From Planctomycetota bacterium (GTDB lineage Bacteria; Planctomycetota; Phycisphaerae; WQYP01): a stretch of 64,000 nt of DNA. A model generated the notes under the pieces. That model was not told where the DNA came from. It worked only from the letters and a program-made list of their open reading frames with translations, and searched no databases. The stretch covers positions 593 to 64,592 of the forward strand of contig JAKAVA010000043.1 in NCBI GenBank assembly GCA_021827645.1, in the 5' to 3' direction. Every line of letters starts with the position of its first letter. Position 1 is the stretch's first letter. The position numbers and the translations under genes are program-made. Below, piece after piece: positions 51,101 to 59,780 of this stretch.

Positions 51101-51721
51101 AAGGCGCTGTACATGAAAATCCGCCACCAGCAGCATCAGATGTATAAGCAGTCGGAGCAGTTGGCTACGGAGATACATCCCGGCCGGCCCCCGGAACGAA
51201 TGCAGATTTTGCAAATCGCCGGTCAGGCCAAAGGCGAAACGCAGCTTATGCATCAATTGGCCGCCATCACGGCGAAGATCGGCAAGGCGGCTCCGGTGCT
51301 GGCATGGATGAACCGTGGGATCGGCAGGTCGATGCATGCTGCACGACGGCGGCTGGATCAGGCGCAGATCGACAGCGTATTGCTGGCAGACCAGCAAATG
51401 GCGATCTCGCAACTCGATGCGGTGATTGAGGCTCTGATCAATCACATGAAACATATGTCCGGGGGAGGAGGTGGTGGTGGCGGAGGAGGTGGTGGAAAAC
51501 AACCGCTGATTCCACCGGCGGCGCAGCTTAAATTGCTGCGGATTCTGCAGATGCAGATTAATCTGCAGACGCAGCAACTCGACACAACCCTTGGGAAAAC
51601 ATCGAACGGTGCGGCGCGCCAGGCCCTGCAGGAGGAGATTCGCATGCTGGGTCACCAGCAAAATCGGATTCACCGCCAGGCGGTAAAGATGGTAAAATCG
51701 ATGCGGAAGGTAGGTGGCTGA
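48194..51721 (+). CDS. Large membrane-anchored coiled-coil protein (DUF4175-like)
   Basis: Three N-terminal TMs, Ig-like repeats (ASDDLGL), long Gln-rich coiled coil, poly-Gly, PLIPPAAQLKLLR. Confidence 0.8.
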   Translation: MTLLQTPPGTSLPGKIKTLAAAIRRRLLLLGLMQTLAGAVSTALILGAADYFLHFPGMLRLVLIVLFIIGTFAAVVWKVIRPALRRVPRTVLAHHLEKTGHLDHDEISAALDFLDSGLHERNALAAQSVETARTAAAHIRLGDALSWKFIRRYAGWLAVVVAVCAGLALTAPRLASISLRRWTNPLAANPWPLHVLVSLTWGKGGPPKILPSGDPFAVTARVERGFNTHLRVWLEIRRPHGGRQSELMTWQGKATGSVYQKVVLPQPGRLMIRVRAGDDDRNPWVSVLVLPRPRILSMTGTIVPPAYAKGAPHYQLNLLAHRAEIIRGSTIDIAATSNQGIYAAHVVGGPPPARMVVPVTHAGPASKRAEIIYQPQASFTGRLEVADSHQLKSHRGGRFRVVVVPDALPQVAITHPRYALDLTPQALIHLHIRASDDLGLTTLAIVGVHRGAGNKAKPTFAQRAQWKSLRYSALTHGEIGQAVVPWTPESMHLKPGDQIDLMAQVHDNYVSRKAPYHHPAVDSPRLVISILTPGQIERQLQRSLQGIRRSIESLIRRQRVTRDQAQLLQQAISSAHALTPAQKLLLSQLPRAQNREALSAEAITRELNILSSTARRNGLLSRSIGRTITGAQHVMSRVGGHVMPRAQSHLSLANRSVTAGRVQQAGKPLGAATQRESQAIRRMRALVAQLGAAGIFNSLRHSTARLLAQQQHLEKQLRKLAKKTLGRPFSQLSKALQQQVQRLGAEQQQLASKAAHLTNNLSRAAKQLAKSNPHMAAALKAAAQLAARYSVVGAMGQAATKAAQNHLQSASSNQKQAANGLKKMLHVLNQQAKRSLSRQINRLKTLLQQVQALLRNQKLLATTTASEPLNASRVMLAPVANHQSTLELTAAELAGKSRRADPSGYAHAYLMAASHQMGRATGQLENANQPLAVPHQVQAISWLKKAVAILQKLLNQDRAKKQMQTLSGLKALYMKIRHQQHQMYKQSEQLATEIHPGRPPERMQILQIAGQAKGETQLMHQLAAITAKIGKAAPVLAWMNRGIGRSMHAARRRLDQAQIDSVLLADQQMAISQLDAVIEALINHMKHMSGGGGGGGGGGGGKQPLIPPAAQLKLLRILQMQINLQTQQLDTTLGKTSNGAARQALQEEIRMLGHQQNRIHRQAVKMVKSMRKVGG

Positions 51722-52397
51722 TATGAAACAAAGCGAGACACCGTTCAGGCGATTTGCATTGGCGGTCTGCGGCGTGATTCTCATGGCCTCCGCCGGATTC
51801 TCATCGCAGGCAGCCGACGCAGGCACGCACAGTGTTCCCCTGCCGCCGTGGATAGAGCAACTGGAGGCGTGGCCGGGTGCGGCGATGAATCCATCGCAAA
51901 GTACCGGCCCGATGCAGAAAGCGATGACCGCCCGGGCGATTGAGGAAATGATTTCGCGCATGGCTAAAAGTGGAGAGCGGCTTGCGACTGCGCATGCGGG
52001 GCCTGTTACCCAGACCATTCAAAAGAAAATCATTCAATCCCTGAATGAACTGATCGCGCAGGCGGAACAAGCGCAATCCAGCTCATCGAGCAGTAAAAAG
52101 AAATCGCAACAACAGAATTCATCGATGGCAATGCAGCAGACGGGGCCGCAAACGGCCGAGCCGACGAATTCGCAAAGCCACGCCAATCACCATTCGTATC
52201 TGCCGCCGGGACAGGGAACGCACCCGAATACGATTTCGCCGTTTCATTCCAGCCAACATCAGTGGGGCAATCTGCCGCCGCGTACCCGCAATATGATTCT
52301 CAATGCGATGCACAAGGGGTCGCTGCCGCAGTATCGATCGCTGGTTAATGATTACTACAAGAAACTGGCGCAGATGGCATCGCCGCGCGGGCAGTGA
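51714..52397 (+). CDS. Exported hypothetical protein of the MoxR operon
   Basis: Signal peptide; QKKIIQSLNELI; Ser/Gln linker; WGNLPP...YRSLVNDYYKKLA tail; overlaps the previous stop. Confidence 0.75.
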   Translation: MADMKQSETPFRRFALAVCGVILMASAGFSSQAADAGTHSVPLPPWIEQLEAWPGAAMNPSQSTGPMQKAMTARAIEEMISRMAKSGERLATAHAGPVTQTIQKKIIQSLNELIAQAEQAQSSSSSSKKKSQQQNSSMAMQQTGPQTAEPTNSQSHANHHSYLPPGQGTHPNTISPFHSSQHQWGNLPPRTRNMILNAMHKGSLPQYRSLVNDYYKKLAQMASPRGQ

Positions 52398-52567
52398 GCT
52401 TTTGACGGGGATACATCCGCGCCGCCTTGCGGGGCGGAAATTTACTACTGCGAAGCGAAATGCGTGCGGATTCCGCACCCGCCGCGTGCTCGATAATATG
52501 GAATATGAGACGTAACCCCTTCTGCCTGTGGCTGTTAGAACTGCTAATAAAAATCGTGTTTTTTTAT

Positions 52568-52596
52568 TTGACAGAGGCCGGATTATGGGCTAACCT
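52568..52596 (+). promoter_or_regulatory. Sigma-70 promoter for PEP-CTERM paralogue 1
   Basis: TTGACA-17 nt-TAACCT. Confidence 0.65.
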
Positions 52597-52670
52597 TTTA
52601 GCCGATGGGTCGTTTAGGGAGCGGGCAAGATAGAATTTTCACTTACTTAAAAATATCCCCTCCGTAAACG

Positions 52671-52835
52671 TCTGGAATGAGAGAGTGAGCAGCTTCTCAC
52701 CAGATTGCCCCAAATTAAAGATGCGTACTGAGCCCGGTGGTTTAGTGGCGGCCATGTTGTCCGCCCACATCGGTGCGATGTGTCGGCCCCGAAGGCGTTA
52801 ACCCGCCTCGGGCCACTTTTGAGGAGAGCAAGTTT
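52671..52835 (+). ncRNA. Candidate structured 5' leader RNA, copy 1
   Basis: Near-identical to 54085-54251; several predicted stems; ends in a hairpin + TTTT immediately before the RBS GAGGAG. Confidence 0.4.
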
Positions 52836-53837
52836 ATGTCATATCCAAACTCATCCCTGTCAACGAGCAAGCTGTTGCCAGCCGTTGCCGCAGCCGCGAT
52901 TGCCGCGGTTTCATTTGTCGGGGGCGCCCGCGCGGACTACACGGTCACCCCACCGGGATCTGTTCCGACAACCTACAGCGAATCATCGCCGGTGACGCCG
53001 CCGTCGAACTTGGTGCAAGGCCTGACCGCCAATCTTTGGCAGATCACGCCAACGACGAACCTCGTCAGTGGAGGCCCCGGAAACCTTGAGGGTGGCCCGG
53101 GCACGAGCGGCTATCCGGATCTGCAAGGGATGGCGAACCTTGAGGCGCTGGCCCAGAACGGAAGCATTTCGGTCGGCTCGGATGGCACTCCGGGCAGCCC
53201 CACCGGTTCGGCGACCTACAACGCCACGCCCTATTTTTCATTTGTTAACACCGAGATCAACACGAGCCACGTGGTGGCGATGATCGAACAAGGTACCGTC
53301 GATGCCACGCTCAACGGCAACGGCAACAGTCTGGCGACCAATCTCATCAACGGCATAACCACGCCTACGTCTGCCGCTACGACTCCTTGGCAAAACATTA
53401 TTTTCGACCAGTCGGGTTATATCTATGTTTCGCAGGCCAACAGCAGCTATACCTTTGCTGTCGCCTCGAACGACCTCAATGATGACGGAACGGAGATACT
53501 GCTGGGTGGGAACGGCAAGATCGGCAGCGGGACGGTCGTAGGATTTGAAAACGCCTCCGACTCCGTGACAGCCAACGGGCTTGCCACGCTTATAAACGGC
53601 GACACTTATCCTGCCGCAACCGATACCGTGACATTCACTCAGGCGGGTTATTATCCGTTTGAAATTTTCAATGCCCAGACCTGGGGCGGAGCGGGTGAAA
53701 ACGTCAGCTTTGCTCCGGTCGGCAGCGCCCCCGATTTAACCTTTTACACCGCGACGCCGGAGCCGACGGCGGCACTGCTGCTTGCGGCGGGAGTTGCGGG
53801 GTTGGTGCTGCTGCGCCAGCGGGGTAGCCGGGCCTGA
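52836..53837 (+). CDS. PEP-CTERM surface protein with PA14-like domain (paralogue 1)
   Basis: RBS GAGGAG, ATG 52836; signal peptide ending ARA; GYIYV..YTF...DDGTEILLG...GYYPFEIF..QTWGG; TPEP-TM-basic tail. Confidence 0.88.
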   Translation: MSYPNSSLSTSKLLPAVAAAAIAAVSFVGGARADYTVTPPGSVPTTYSESSPVTPPSNLVQGLTANLWQITPTTNLVSGGPGNLEGGPGTSGYPDLQGMANLEALAQNGSISVGSDGTPGSPTGSATYNATPYFSFVNTEINTSHVVAMIEQGTVDATLNGNGNSLATNLINGITTPTSAATTPWQNIIFDQSGYIYVSQANSSYTFAVASNDLNDDGTEILLGGNGKIGSGTVVGFENASDSVTANGLATLINGDTYPAATDTVTFTQAGYYPFEIFNAQTWGGAGENVSFAPVGSAPDLTFYTATPEPTAALLLAAGVAGLVLLRQRGSRA

Positions 53838-53905
53838 GCGGCCAGAATTAATGGCAGAATTGCGAGTGCGGCAGCGCTGGAAGCATCCGGCGCTGCCGCT
53901 TTTTT
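53727..53905 (+). repeat. 179-bp direct repeat copy A (PEP-CTERM tail + terminator)
   Basis: Matches 55071-55249 with about 4 substitutions by manual comparison. Confidence 0.9.
53868..53905 (+). terminator. Rho-independent terminator
   Basis: GCGGCAGCGCTGGA / TCCGGCGCTGCCGC stem + TTTTTT. Confidence 0.85.
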
Positions 53906-53979
53906 GGGCAGGCGTGACGACCAAATGAATATTTCGACTTGTGAGAGTATGGAAGGTATTAAAATTTGCCAAATTTGCC

Positions 53980-54008
53980 TTGACAAGATGCGATGGATGT
54001 TTTAATAT
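53980..54008 (+). promoter_or_regulatory. Sigma-70 promoter for PEP-CTERM paralogue 2
   Basis: TTGACA-17 nt-TAATAT. Confidence 0.7.
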
Positions 54009-54084
54009 ATTACTATTCGGGCAACCTCGGAAGAGGGGAAGGCAGATTTGACCTGGTGTTTAAGTGCCCCCCTCCCGATGACGA

Positions 54085-54251
54085 TCTGGAATAGGAGAGT
54101 GAGCAGCTTCTCACCAGATTGCCCCAAATTAAAGATGCGTACTGAGCCCGGTGATTTAGTGGCGGCCATGTTGTCCGCCCATATCGGTGCGATGTGTGTC
54201 GGTGCCGGAGGCGTTAACCCACTCCGGGCCACTTTTGAGGAGAGCAAGGTT
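54085..54251 (+). ncRNA. Candidate structured 5' leader RNA, copy 2
   Basis: Near-identical to 52671-52835, with pairing-preserving changes in the last hairpin. Confidence 0.4.
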
Positions 54252-55181
54252 ATGTCATATCCAAACTCATCCCTGTCCAACGTCAAGCTGTTGCCAGCCG
54301 TCGCAGCAGCCGCGATTGCCGCGGTTTCATTTATCGGGGGCGCCCGTGCGGATTACACGGTCACCCCTCCGACATCGGTTCCGACAACCTTTACCGATTC
54401 TTCACCGGTAACGCCGCCGTCGAACTTGGTTTCAGGTTTATCAGCGCAGCTTTGGACGATCTCCCCAACCACGAACCTGGGGAACTATTATCCGGCCGGC
54501 TTGGACGGCGGGGCCGGCACCAGTGGAAGTCCGGATTTTCAGGGGATGGCCAACGAGGAAACCTTGGCGCAAAACGGCACGATCACAATACCGGGCCAAC
54601 CTGTCGGATCCGGGACGTACTCTGCCACGCCACTGTTTTCATTTATTGACACCGGCATCAATACTTCCGGCTATGTTTATACCACTGGGGGCAGCAACGT
54701 CGAATCTTTTCTTGCGGGAAACGACCCGGGCGCCACTGATCTTCTAACTGGAGTCACGGTCCCAACGTCGGTGCAGAATACGTTTTGGACGGACATTCTC
54801 TTTGATCAACGCGGTTACGTGTATGTGTCGCAGGCCAACAGCAGCTACACTTTCGGCCTCCAGTCAAATGATGACGGAACCGAGATATTACTCGGTGGAA
54901 ATGGGGCAATTGGCAGCGGGACGGTCGTAGGGTTCCAGAATGCCAAAGGTTCGTCGGCGACAACGGACACCGTAACATTCACAAAGGCGGGCTACTACCC
55001 GTTCGAGATTTTTAATTCGCAGACTTGGGGTGGCGCGAATCTGCAGGCCAACTTTGTCCCGGTCAGCAACGCCCCCGATTTAACCTTTTACACCGCGACG
55101 CCGGAGCCAACGGCGGCACTGCTGCTTGCGGCGGGAGTTGCGGGGTTGGTGCTGTTGCGTCGGCGGGGTAGCCGGGCCTGA
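54252..55181 (+). CDS. PEP-CTERM surface protein with PA14-like domain (paralogue 2)
   Basis: RBS GAGGAG, ATG 54252; same architecture as paralogue 1. Confidence 0.88.
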   Translation: MSYPNSSLSNVKLLPAVAAAAIAAVSFIGGARADYTVTPPTSVPTTFTDSSPVTPPSNLVSGLSAQLWTISPTTNLGNYYPAGLDGGAGTSGSPDFQGMANEETLAQNGTITIPGQPVGSGTYSATPLFSFIDTGINTSGYVYTTGGSNVESFLAGNDPGATDLLTGVTVPTSVQNTFWTDILFDQRGYVYVSQANSSYTFGLQSNDDGTEILLGGNGAIGSGTVVGFQNAKGSSATTDTVTFTKAGYYPFEIFNSQTWGGANLQANFVPVSNAPDLTFYTATPEPTAALLLAAGVAGLVLLRRRGSRA

Positions 55182-55249
55182 GCGGCCAGAATTAATGGCA
55201 GAATTGCGAGTGCGGCAGCGCTGGAAGCATCCGGCGCTGCCGCTTTTTT
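55071..55249 (+). repeat. 179-bp direct repeat copy B (PEP-CTERM tail + terminator)
   Basis: Matches 53727-53905. Confidence 0.9.
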
Positions 55250-55250
55250 T
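55212..55250 (+). terminator. Rho-independent terminator
   Basis: Same stem as at 53868, followed by TTTTTTT. Confidence 0.85.
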
Positions 55251-55361
55251 ACGCCGCCGTGCAGGCCAAGGCTGACCGGTGATTGGTTGCGATTTATTGA
55301 CCGAGCCATCCGCGCGGCAGCCAAGGAGATGCCACCGGCGGAGGCTTTGCGGTAGCCGCCA

Positions 55362-58300
55362 TCAAAATCCGACGGCCAGGCCCGCCATGACGGTCTGGGC
55401 GAATTGCCGATGGTCGCCGATCTGCGTCTGGTAATTCACAAACAGCGATGTGTTTTTCGTCAGGTAGCCGCCGATGCCGATGCCCAATATCGCCGAATTA
55501 CGCGACGGACTTGGGGCATTGTACAAAAATGATCCTGAGCCGATCTGGCTGAACGTGGAGACCAATGCCCCTCGGCGACCGATGTATTCATGCTGCCAGA
55601 AAGCGTTGAAACTCACCACCAGCGGCATACGCACAACCGTTTTGTTCAAATGCCAGTGCCCCTGAAAACCGAGAAGTGTGCGGAACGAATCCACACTCTG
55701 CTTCGATGTCGTCAGGGCATAGGGGCTACCTGTTTCGGTAAACCCGCCGATGTTCATGTGCGTGTATCCGATGCCCCCGGACGGGCCGATGTCCACGCCT
55801 TTGCATGGATGCAGGTAATAGTCTGCCATGAGGGCGGCATCGTACTGATTGCTCACCGGTTCGCCGGTGGCAACGCCCTGATAGCCCGGCAGGACGATGT
55901 TGCGGTCAATTTTGTAGTCGTTGAAGGTGTATTGGGTGAGGCCGTCGATCTGCAGGCCACCAAGCTTATAACCAGCGAAAAGACCCGGGGCATAGCTGTT
56001 GGCCGCCTCCCGACTGCCGAGATTATCCAGTGTGCCGCCGGTGTAGGAATAATTAAATAATCCTCCCACCAGCAGGTGGCGGGTAAGGCGGTAATCGATC
56101 CCGGCCATCACACTGCCGGTGGTGAAATGCTGCGTGGGATAGCCCCCCTGCGGAGCCGAATCCAAGGCGATCTGGCCCGTTAAAAAGCCGGACCAGCGGT
56201 CACTCAGATGGTTCTGAGTGACCGGAGGCGTCATGCCCCCGGCATCGAATTCCTGCATGGATTGCCCCAGCATGGCCTGATGATCGGCCTGCTGCATCGC
56301 GGCATCCAAATTCAGTGCAAATGGATCACTCTGCGAGGTTTTCAGCAAGGCCAATCCGGAGGTATCAAAACCACCCCCGTGGAAGGCATCGTATACCTGT
56401 CCATCCATGGAAATCTGCTCAAAGATCATGTTATCAATGGCCGTCTGACTTAACTGGGCATAGTCCTGCGGCGACAGCGTCTGGAGATATCCGGCAAGTG
56501 CGGGCCCGGAAAGGAAGCTCATCTCGGTAATCGGGTTGATAACGCTCTGCGGAATCTGCCCCTGGTTGGAGAGATTGTTGAAGTAATTGGCAACCTGGGC
56601 CTGATTGCCGCTGAGGTTTGCGGTAGAGAACAGTTGCGGCAACCCGAAGGATTGGATCAATATTTGATACCCCGTGCCGGTAAGCTCGCTCTGTGAGAAG
56701 GATACGTCGCTCAGATTGGATGCGACGGAGGCGAAGCTGCCGCTGACACCGCCGGTGGTTTTCACCACGGTATACGTCTGGCCGTTGGATGGGACGTAAT
56801 TGATGAAGCGGATATTGAGTTTGCCCGCCAGCGTTGCCGCACCGCTGCCGAGCGAGACGTAATCATAATTGCCCGATGCCGGGGTGCCAAAAATGGCTAA
56901 ATCCAAATTGGAGGTTGACGTCAGGGTAAGGCTGGAGGCATTGATCACGACCGGTGTCGGGCCATCGAACATGTAATTACTGGTGGCGAGCGTGCCGGCG
57001 TTGGTGATGGAGCCGGAGCCAAAGGCGCTGTCGCTGCCGGCGACGGCCGTCGAGCCGGAGTCGATCGTTGTGCCGCCGGTGTAGGTGTTGTCGCCGTTGA
57101 GGACGAGCGTGCCGGGGCCGGAAATTTCCAGCGTCTCGGCTGATGCCGGTCCGGCCGTGATCGCGGGGCCGTTGGCGATAGACATTGGGCCCGCGACGAG
57201 TAGCGCGGAGATGACGCCATTGTCGGTGAGCGTATTGCCTGAGGCGACGTCAATTTTTTCGTCGGCCCCCGGGTTGAGATAGATATGGCGGCTCATGGTG
57301 AAGGAGCCGTTAGCCGACAGCGTGGAATGGTTGAACATATCCAAATCGGCGGTGGCGGCACCAAGATTGTCGTCTGCGGAAATGGCGAGCGTGGCGCCCG
57401 ATTCGACAAGGGTTCCACCGGTGTAGGTGTTGGCACCGGCAATGGTCACCACTCCACCCGCGGCGGAACTCTCCACGGTCAGCGAACCGGCGCCCGAGAT
57501 GGTGTTACCAAGCGTAACGCTTTGGCCGTTGGCGTCGACCGTGCCGCCGCCAGTTCCCATAAGGAATGCGTTATTGAAGGTCATGGAAGCACCGGCAGCG
57601 TTCTGGATTGTTCCTCCATTGAGTTCCAGCGTAGCACCGCTGCCAAGCCCGCCGGAAGTATTAAATAACTCCGCATGTGTGTTGGTGATCACCAGCGTCC
57701 CAGCATTGAAGGAGGTGTTGTTTCCATAGATATTGTATTGGCCGTCCTGGAGCGTCAGCGTCGCATAGGGATCGGAATTGGAGATCGCGCCATTGATGGC
57801 CGTCACCGCACCACCGCCATCGATTAAATCGGCGGTGGTCGCACTCGTATCTGCAATGGAAACATTACCAAGCTCGTCGGTGTGGCCGTTGAGTCCGAAA
57901 AGCAACTGTCCTGAAGTGGTGTTGCCGCTGAAGATGATATTGTTGCTGCTGGGTGTTTCGATGTAGAACTTCGAGTTGCCGGTGATTTCGAATTGGATAT
58001 TCGAACTGATACCGAATGCATCATTGGACAGCGTGCCGCCGCCGATGATCGTCAGCGTATCGAGGCCGGATGGACTCGTTGGAACGAACGAGCCATGGAT
58101 GGTACTGCCGACGCCATCGGTATTAAAGGTCCCGCCGTTGGAGCTGATTGTAAAAATCCCGTCAAATGTTGTCGAAGCGGTCGTTTCGAGCGTTCCGCCG
58201 TTGAAATTGACGCTGCCGGAGCCAAGGGCACCGCTGGAGCCGACTGCCAGCGTCCCGGCGTCGAGTGTCGTCCCGCCGGAATACGTGTTATTGGTGCCGG

Positions 58301-59780
58301 TGAGGGCCAAGGTGCCTTGGCCGTCCAGTACTAACGATCCGCCGATACCGCCGTCTTGAATGACACCGCCGAAGGTGTCGGTGGTTCCCGAAGCGACATC
58401 CACCACGAGGGCCTTGGAGCCGAGCGACACGGTGCCGCCCGTTCCGGTTAGGCCGTTGATTGTCGTGGAGGCAGCTGAAATTTGCGAGATGTCGAACGTG
58501 GCGCCGGTTGAGAGATTCACTCCCGAAGAGTCGGCAATTGATCCGGCGCCTGAAAGGGCGAGCGTGCCGCTGGTGATGTCTGTGGCGCCGGTGTAGGTGT
58601 TGTTGGCGTTGGATAAGGTTGTGGTGCCGCCAGCCACGGTAAGATTGAGGGCACCAAAAAGCTGGCCGGAAATGGTGTTAGCCCCGCCATCAAGCACAAG
58701 GTTGATCGCGCCGCCACCGCTGCCCCCAAGGCCGCCGCTTCCACCCGGCAGTGTGCCCGTTGTGCTGCCGATGTTACCCGCAATGGTGGAGTTATATCCG
58801 CTAGAGCCAGGGGCAATGGTTAGCGTCTCGGCGGTTGCGCCAGAATTGTAAATGTTGCTACCGGCACCGAGATTCAGGCCGATTACCGTTTCGGAAGCGC
58901 CATTGAGATCAGCATTGTAATAGGTGCCGCTGCCGCTGGCGAGTATGGTGGCCACGCTGATGCTGCCCGCCGGCGATCCAGTATTCCAGTTACCTCCTGT
59001 GGACCAAAAATTGACATTCGTGCCGTTGCTGTTGTGGGTGTCTTGCGTGAAGGTATTTACCGCGGACTGTATCTGCAGGCCGTTGAGGTCACCCTCTCCC
59101 GAACCGGATTGGAGTGCCTGGGTGATATTGATGACACCGGACGAGTTGCTCATGGGGGTCAGTAGAACATAGTTGTCGCCTTGGACAAATGATGTTGCAG
59201 CAGAACCGGTGCCGATTCCCGATGCATAGGCGGATGTGCCGTTGGCCGACACCGTTGTCGCGCGATTTGTGCTACCGCTGTCAAAGGACGCGGCGTAGAC
59301 ATAGATGTCATAGACGCTGTTTGTATCCAAACCGCTGATGCTCAGCGTGGTGCCCGCCGTGCCCGGCTTTTCGGCTAAGTACTGTGTCATAAGGCCCGGC
59401 GCAATTGCACTCGATGGGTGCGTTATGGAGTATGCGGAAATGTAACCCGAGTAGGACAGGGTCAGACCTGACGAGTTGCCGGCGATGTTTTCGAGGGCGG
59501 TGCTTCCGGTGAATGTGGTGCTCGACGTATAGCTACCCCCCTCGCCCGCGATGCCAATGTTGTTCCAAATATCGGTGCTGATTCCAACAACCGCCGCTCC
59601 CGAGGCAGTTTGGTATGCGGCGTTCGTCGTGGTGGACGTGTCATAAAAATTAACATCCACAAGTGGCGGAGCCGTAGGTGTTGCCCATGCGGCCGGGGCT
59701 AATGCCAATGCGGCGGCCGAGGCGAATAGTGCCAAGCGCTGGCGTTGAATTCTTTTAGCCAATCCGTGGTTGCTTTTCAA
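55362..59780 (-). CDS. Autotransporter (type V) adhesin-like protein with passenger-associated beta-strand repeats
   Basis: TTG start after AAGGAG; signal peptide ending AWA; repeated GTL.L...NTYTGGT.I..GTL; C-terminal beta-barrel ending in VGF. Confidence 0.92.
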   Translation of the reverse strand: MKSNHGLAKRIQRQRLALFASAAALALAPAAWATPTAPPLVDVNFYDTSTTTNAAYQTASGAAVVGISTDIWNNIGIAGEGGSYTSSTTFTGSTALENIAGNSSGLTLSYSGYISAYSITHPSSAIAPGLMTQYLAEKPGTAGTTLSISGLDTNSVYDIYVYAASFDSGSTNRATTVSANGTSAYASGIGTGSAATSFVQGDNYVLLTPMSNSSGVINITQALQSGSGEGDLNGLQIQSAVNTFTQDTHNSNGTNVNFWSTGGNWNTGSPAGSISVATILASGSGTYYNADLNGASETVIGLNLGAGSNIYNSGATAETLTIAPGSSGYNSTIAGNIGSTTGTLPGGSGGLGGSGGGAINLVLDGGANTISGQLFGALNLTVAGGTTTLSNANNTYTGATDITSGTLALSGAGSIADSSGVNLSTGATFDISQISAASTTINGLTGTGGTVSLGSKALVVDVASGTTDTFGGVIQDGGIGGSLVLDGQGTLALTGTNNTYSGGTTLDAGTLAVGSSGALGSGSVNFNGGTLETTASTTFDGIFTISSNGGTFNTDGVGSTIHGSFVPTSPSGLDTLTIIGGGTLSNDAFGISSNIQFEITGNSKFYIETPSSNNIIFSGNTTSGQLLFGLNGHTDELGNVSIADTSATTADLIDGGGAVTAINGAISNSDPYATLTLQDGQYNIYGNNTSFNAGTLVITNTHAELFNTSGGLGSGATLELNGGTIQNAAGASMTFNNAFLMGTGGGTVDANGQSVTLGNTISGAGSLTVESSAAGGVVTIAGANTYTGGTLVESGATLAISADDNLGAATADLDMFNHSTLSANGSFTMSRHIYLNPGADEKIDVASGNTLTDNGVISALLVAGPMSIANGPAITAGPASAETLEISGPGTLVLNGDNTYTGGTTIDSGSTAVAGSDSAFGSGSITNAGTLATSNYMFDGPTPVVINASSLTLTSTSNLDLAIFGTPASGNYDYVSLGSGAATLAGKLNIRFINYVPSNGQTYTVVKTTGGVSGSFASVASNLSDVSFSQSELTGTGYQILIQSFGLPQLFSTANLSGNQAQVANYFNNLSNQGQIPQSVINPITEMSFLSGPALAGYLQTLSPQDYAQLSQTAIDNMIFEQISMDGQVYDAFHGGGFDTSGLALLKTSQSDPFALNLDAAMQQADHQAMLGQSMQEFDAGGMTPPVTQNHLSDRWSGFLTGQIALDSAPQGGYPTQHFTTGSVMAGIDYRLTRHLLVGGLFNYSYTGGTLDNLGSREAANSYAPGLFAGYKLGGLQIDGLTQYTFNDYKIDRNIVLPGYQGVATGEPVSNQYDAALMADYYLHPCKGVDIGPSGGIGYTHMNIGGFTETGSPYALTTSKQSVDSFRTLLGFQGHWHLNKTVVRMPLVVSFNAFWQHEYIGRRGALVSTFSQIGSGSFLYNAPSPSRNSAILGIGIGGYLTKNTSLFVNYQTQIGDHRQFAQTVMAGLAVGF

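Noticed and set aside
51461-51496. Poly-glycine tract as a possible contingency repeat
   Set aside because: Encoded by mixed GGN codons rather than a pure simple repeat, in frame, and typical of linkers in this protein family.
52773-52835. Upstream in-frame extensions of the PEP-CTERM paralogues (also 54048-54251)
   Set aside because: A strong GAGGAG RBS and signal peptide begin at 52836 and 54252; the extensions are part of the leader and differ by indels between copies.
54019-54045. GGGCAACCTC-GGAA-GAGG resembling the start of a c-di-GMP-I riboswitch
   Set aside because: The downstream consensus (GACGCAAAGC and second stem) is missing and the paralogous leader lacks the element.
56900-58700. 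Recurrent CCGGTGTAGGTGTTG-like DNA repeats
   Set aside because: They encode the NTYTGGT autotransporter passenger repeats; irregular spacing within a CDS, so not a CRISPR array.
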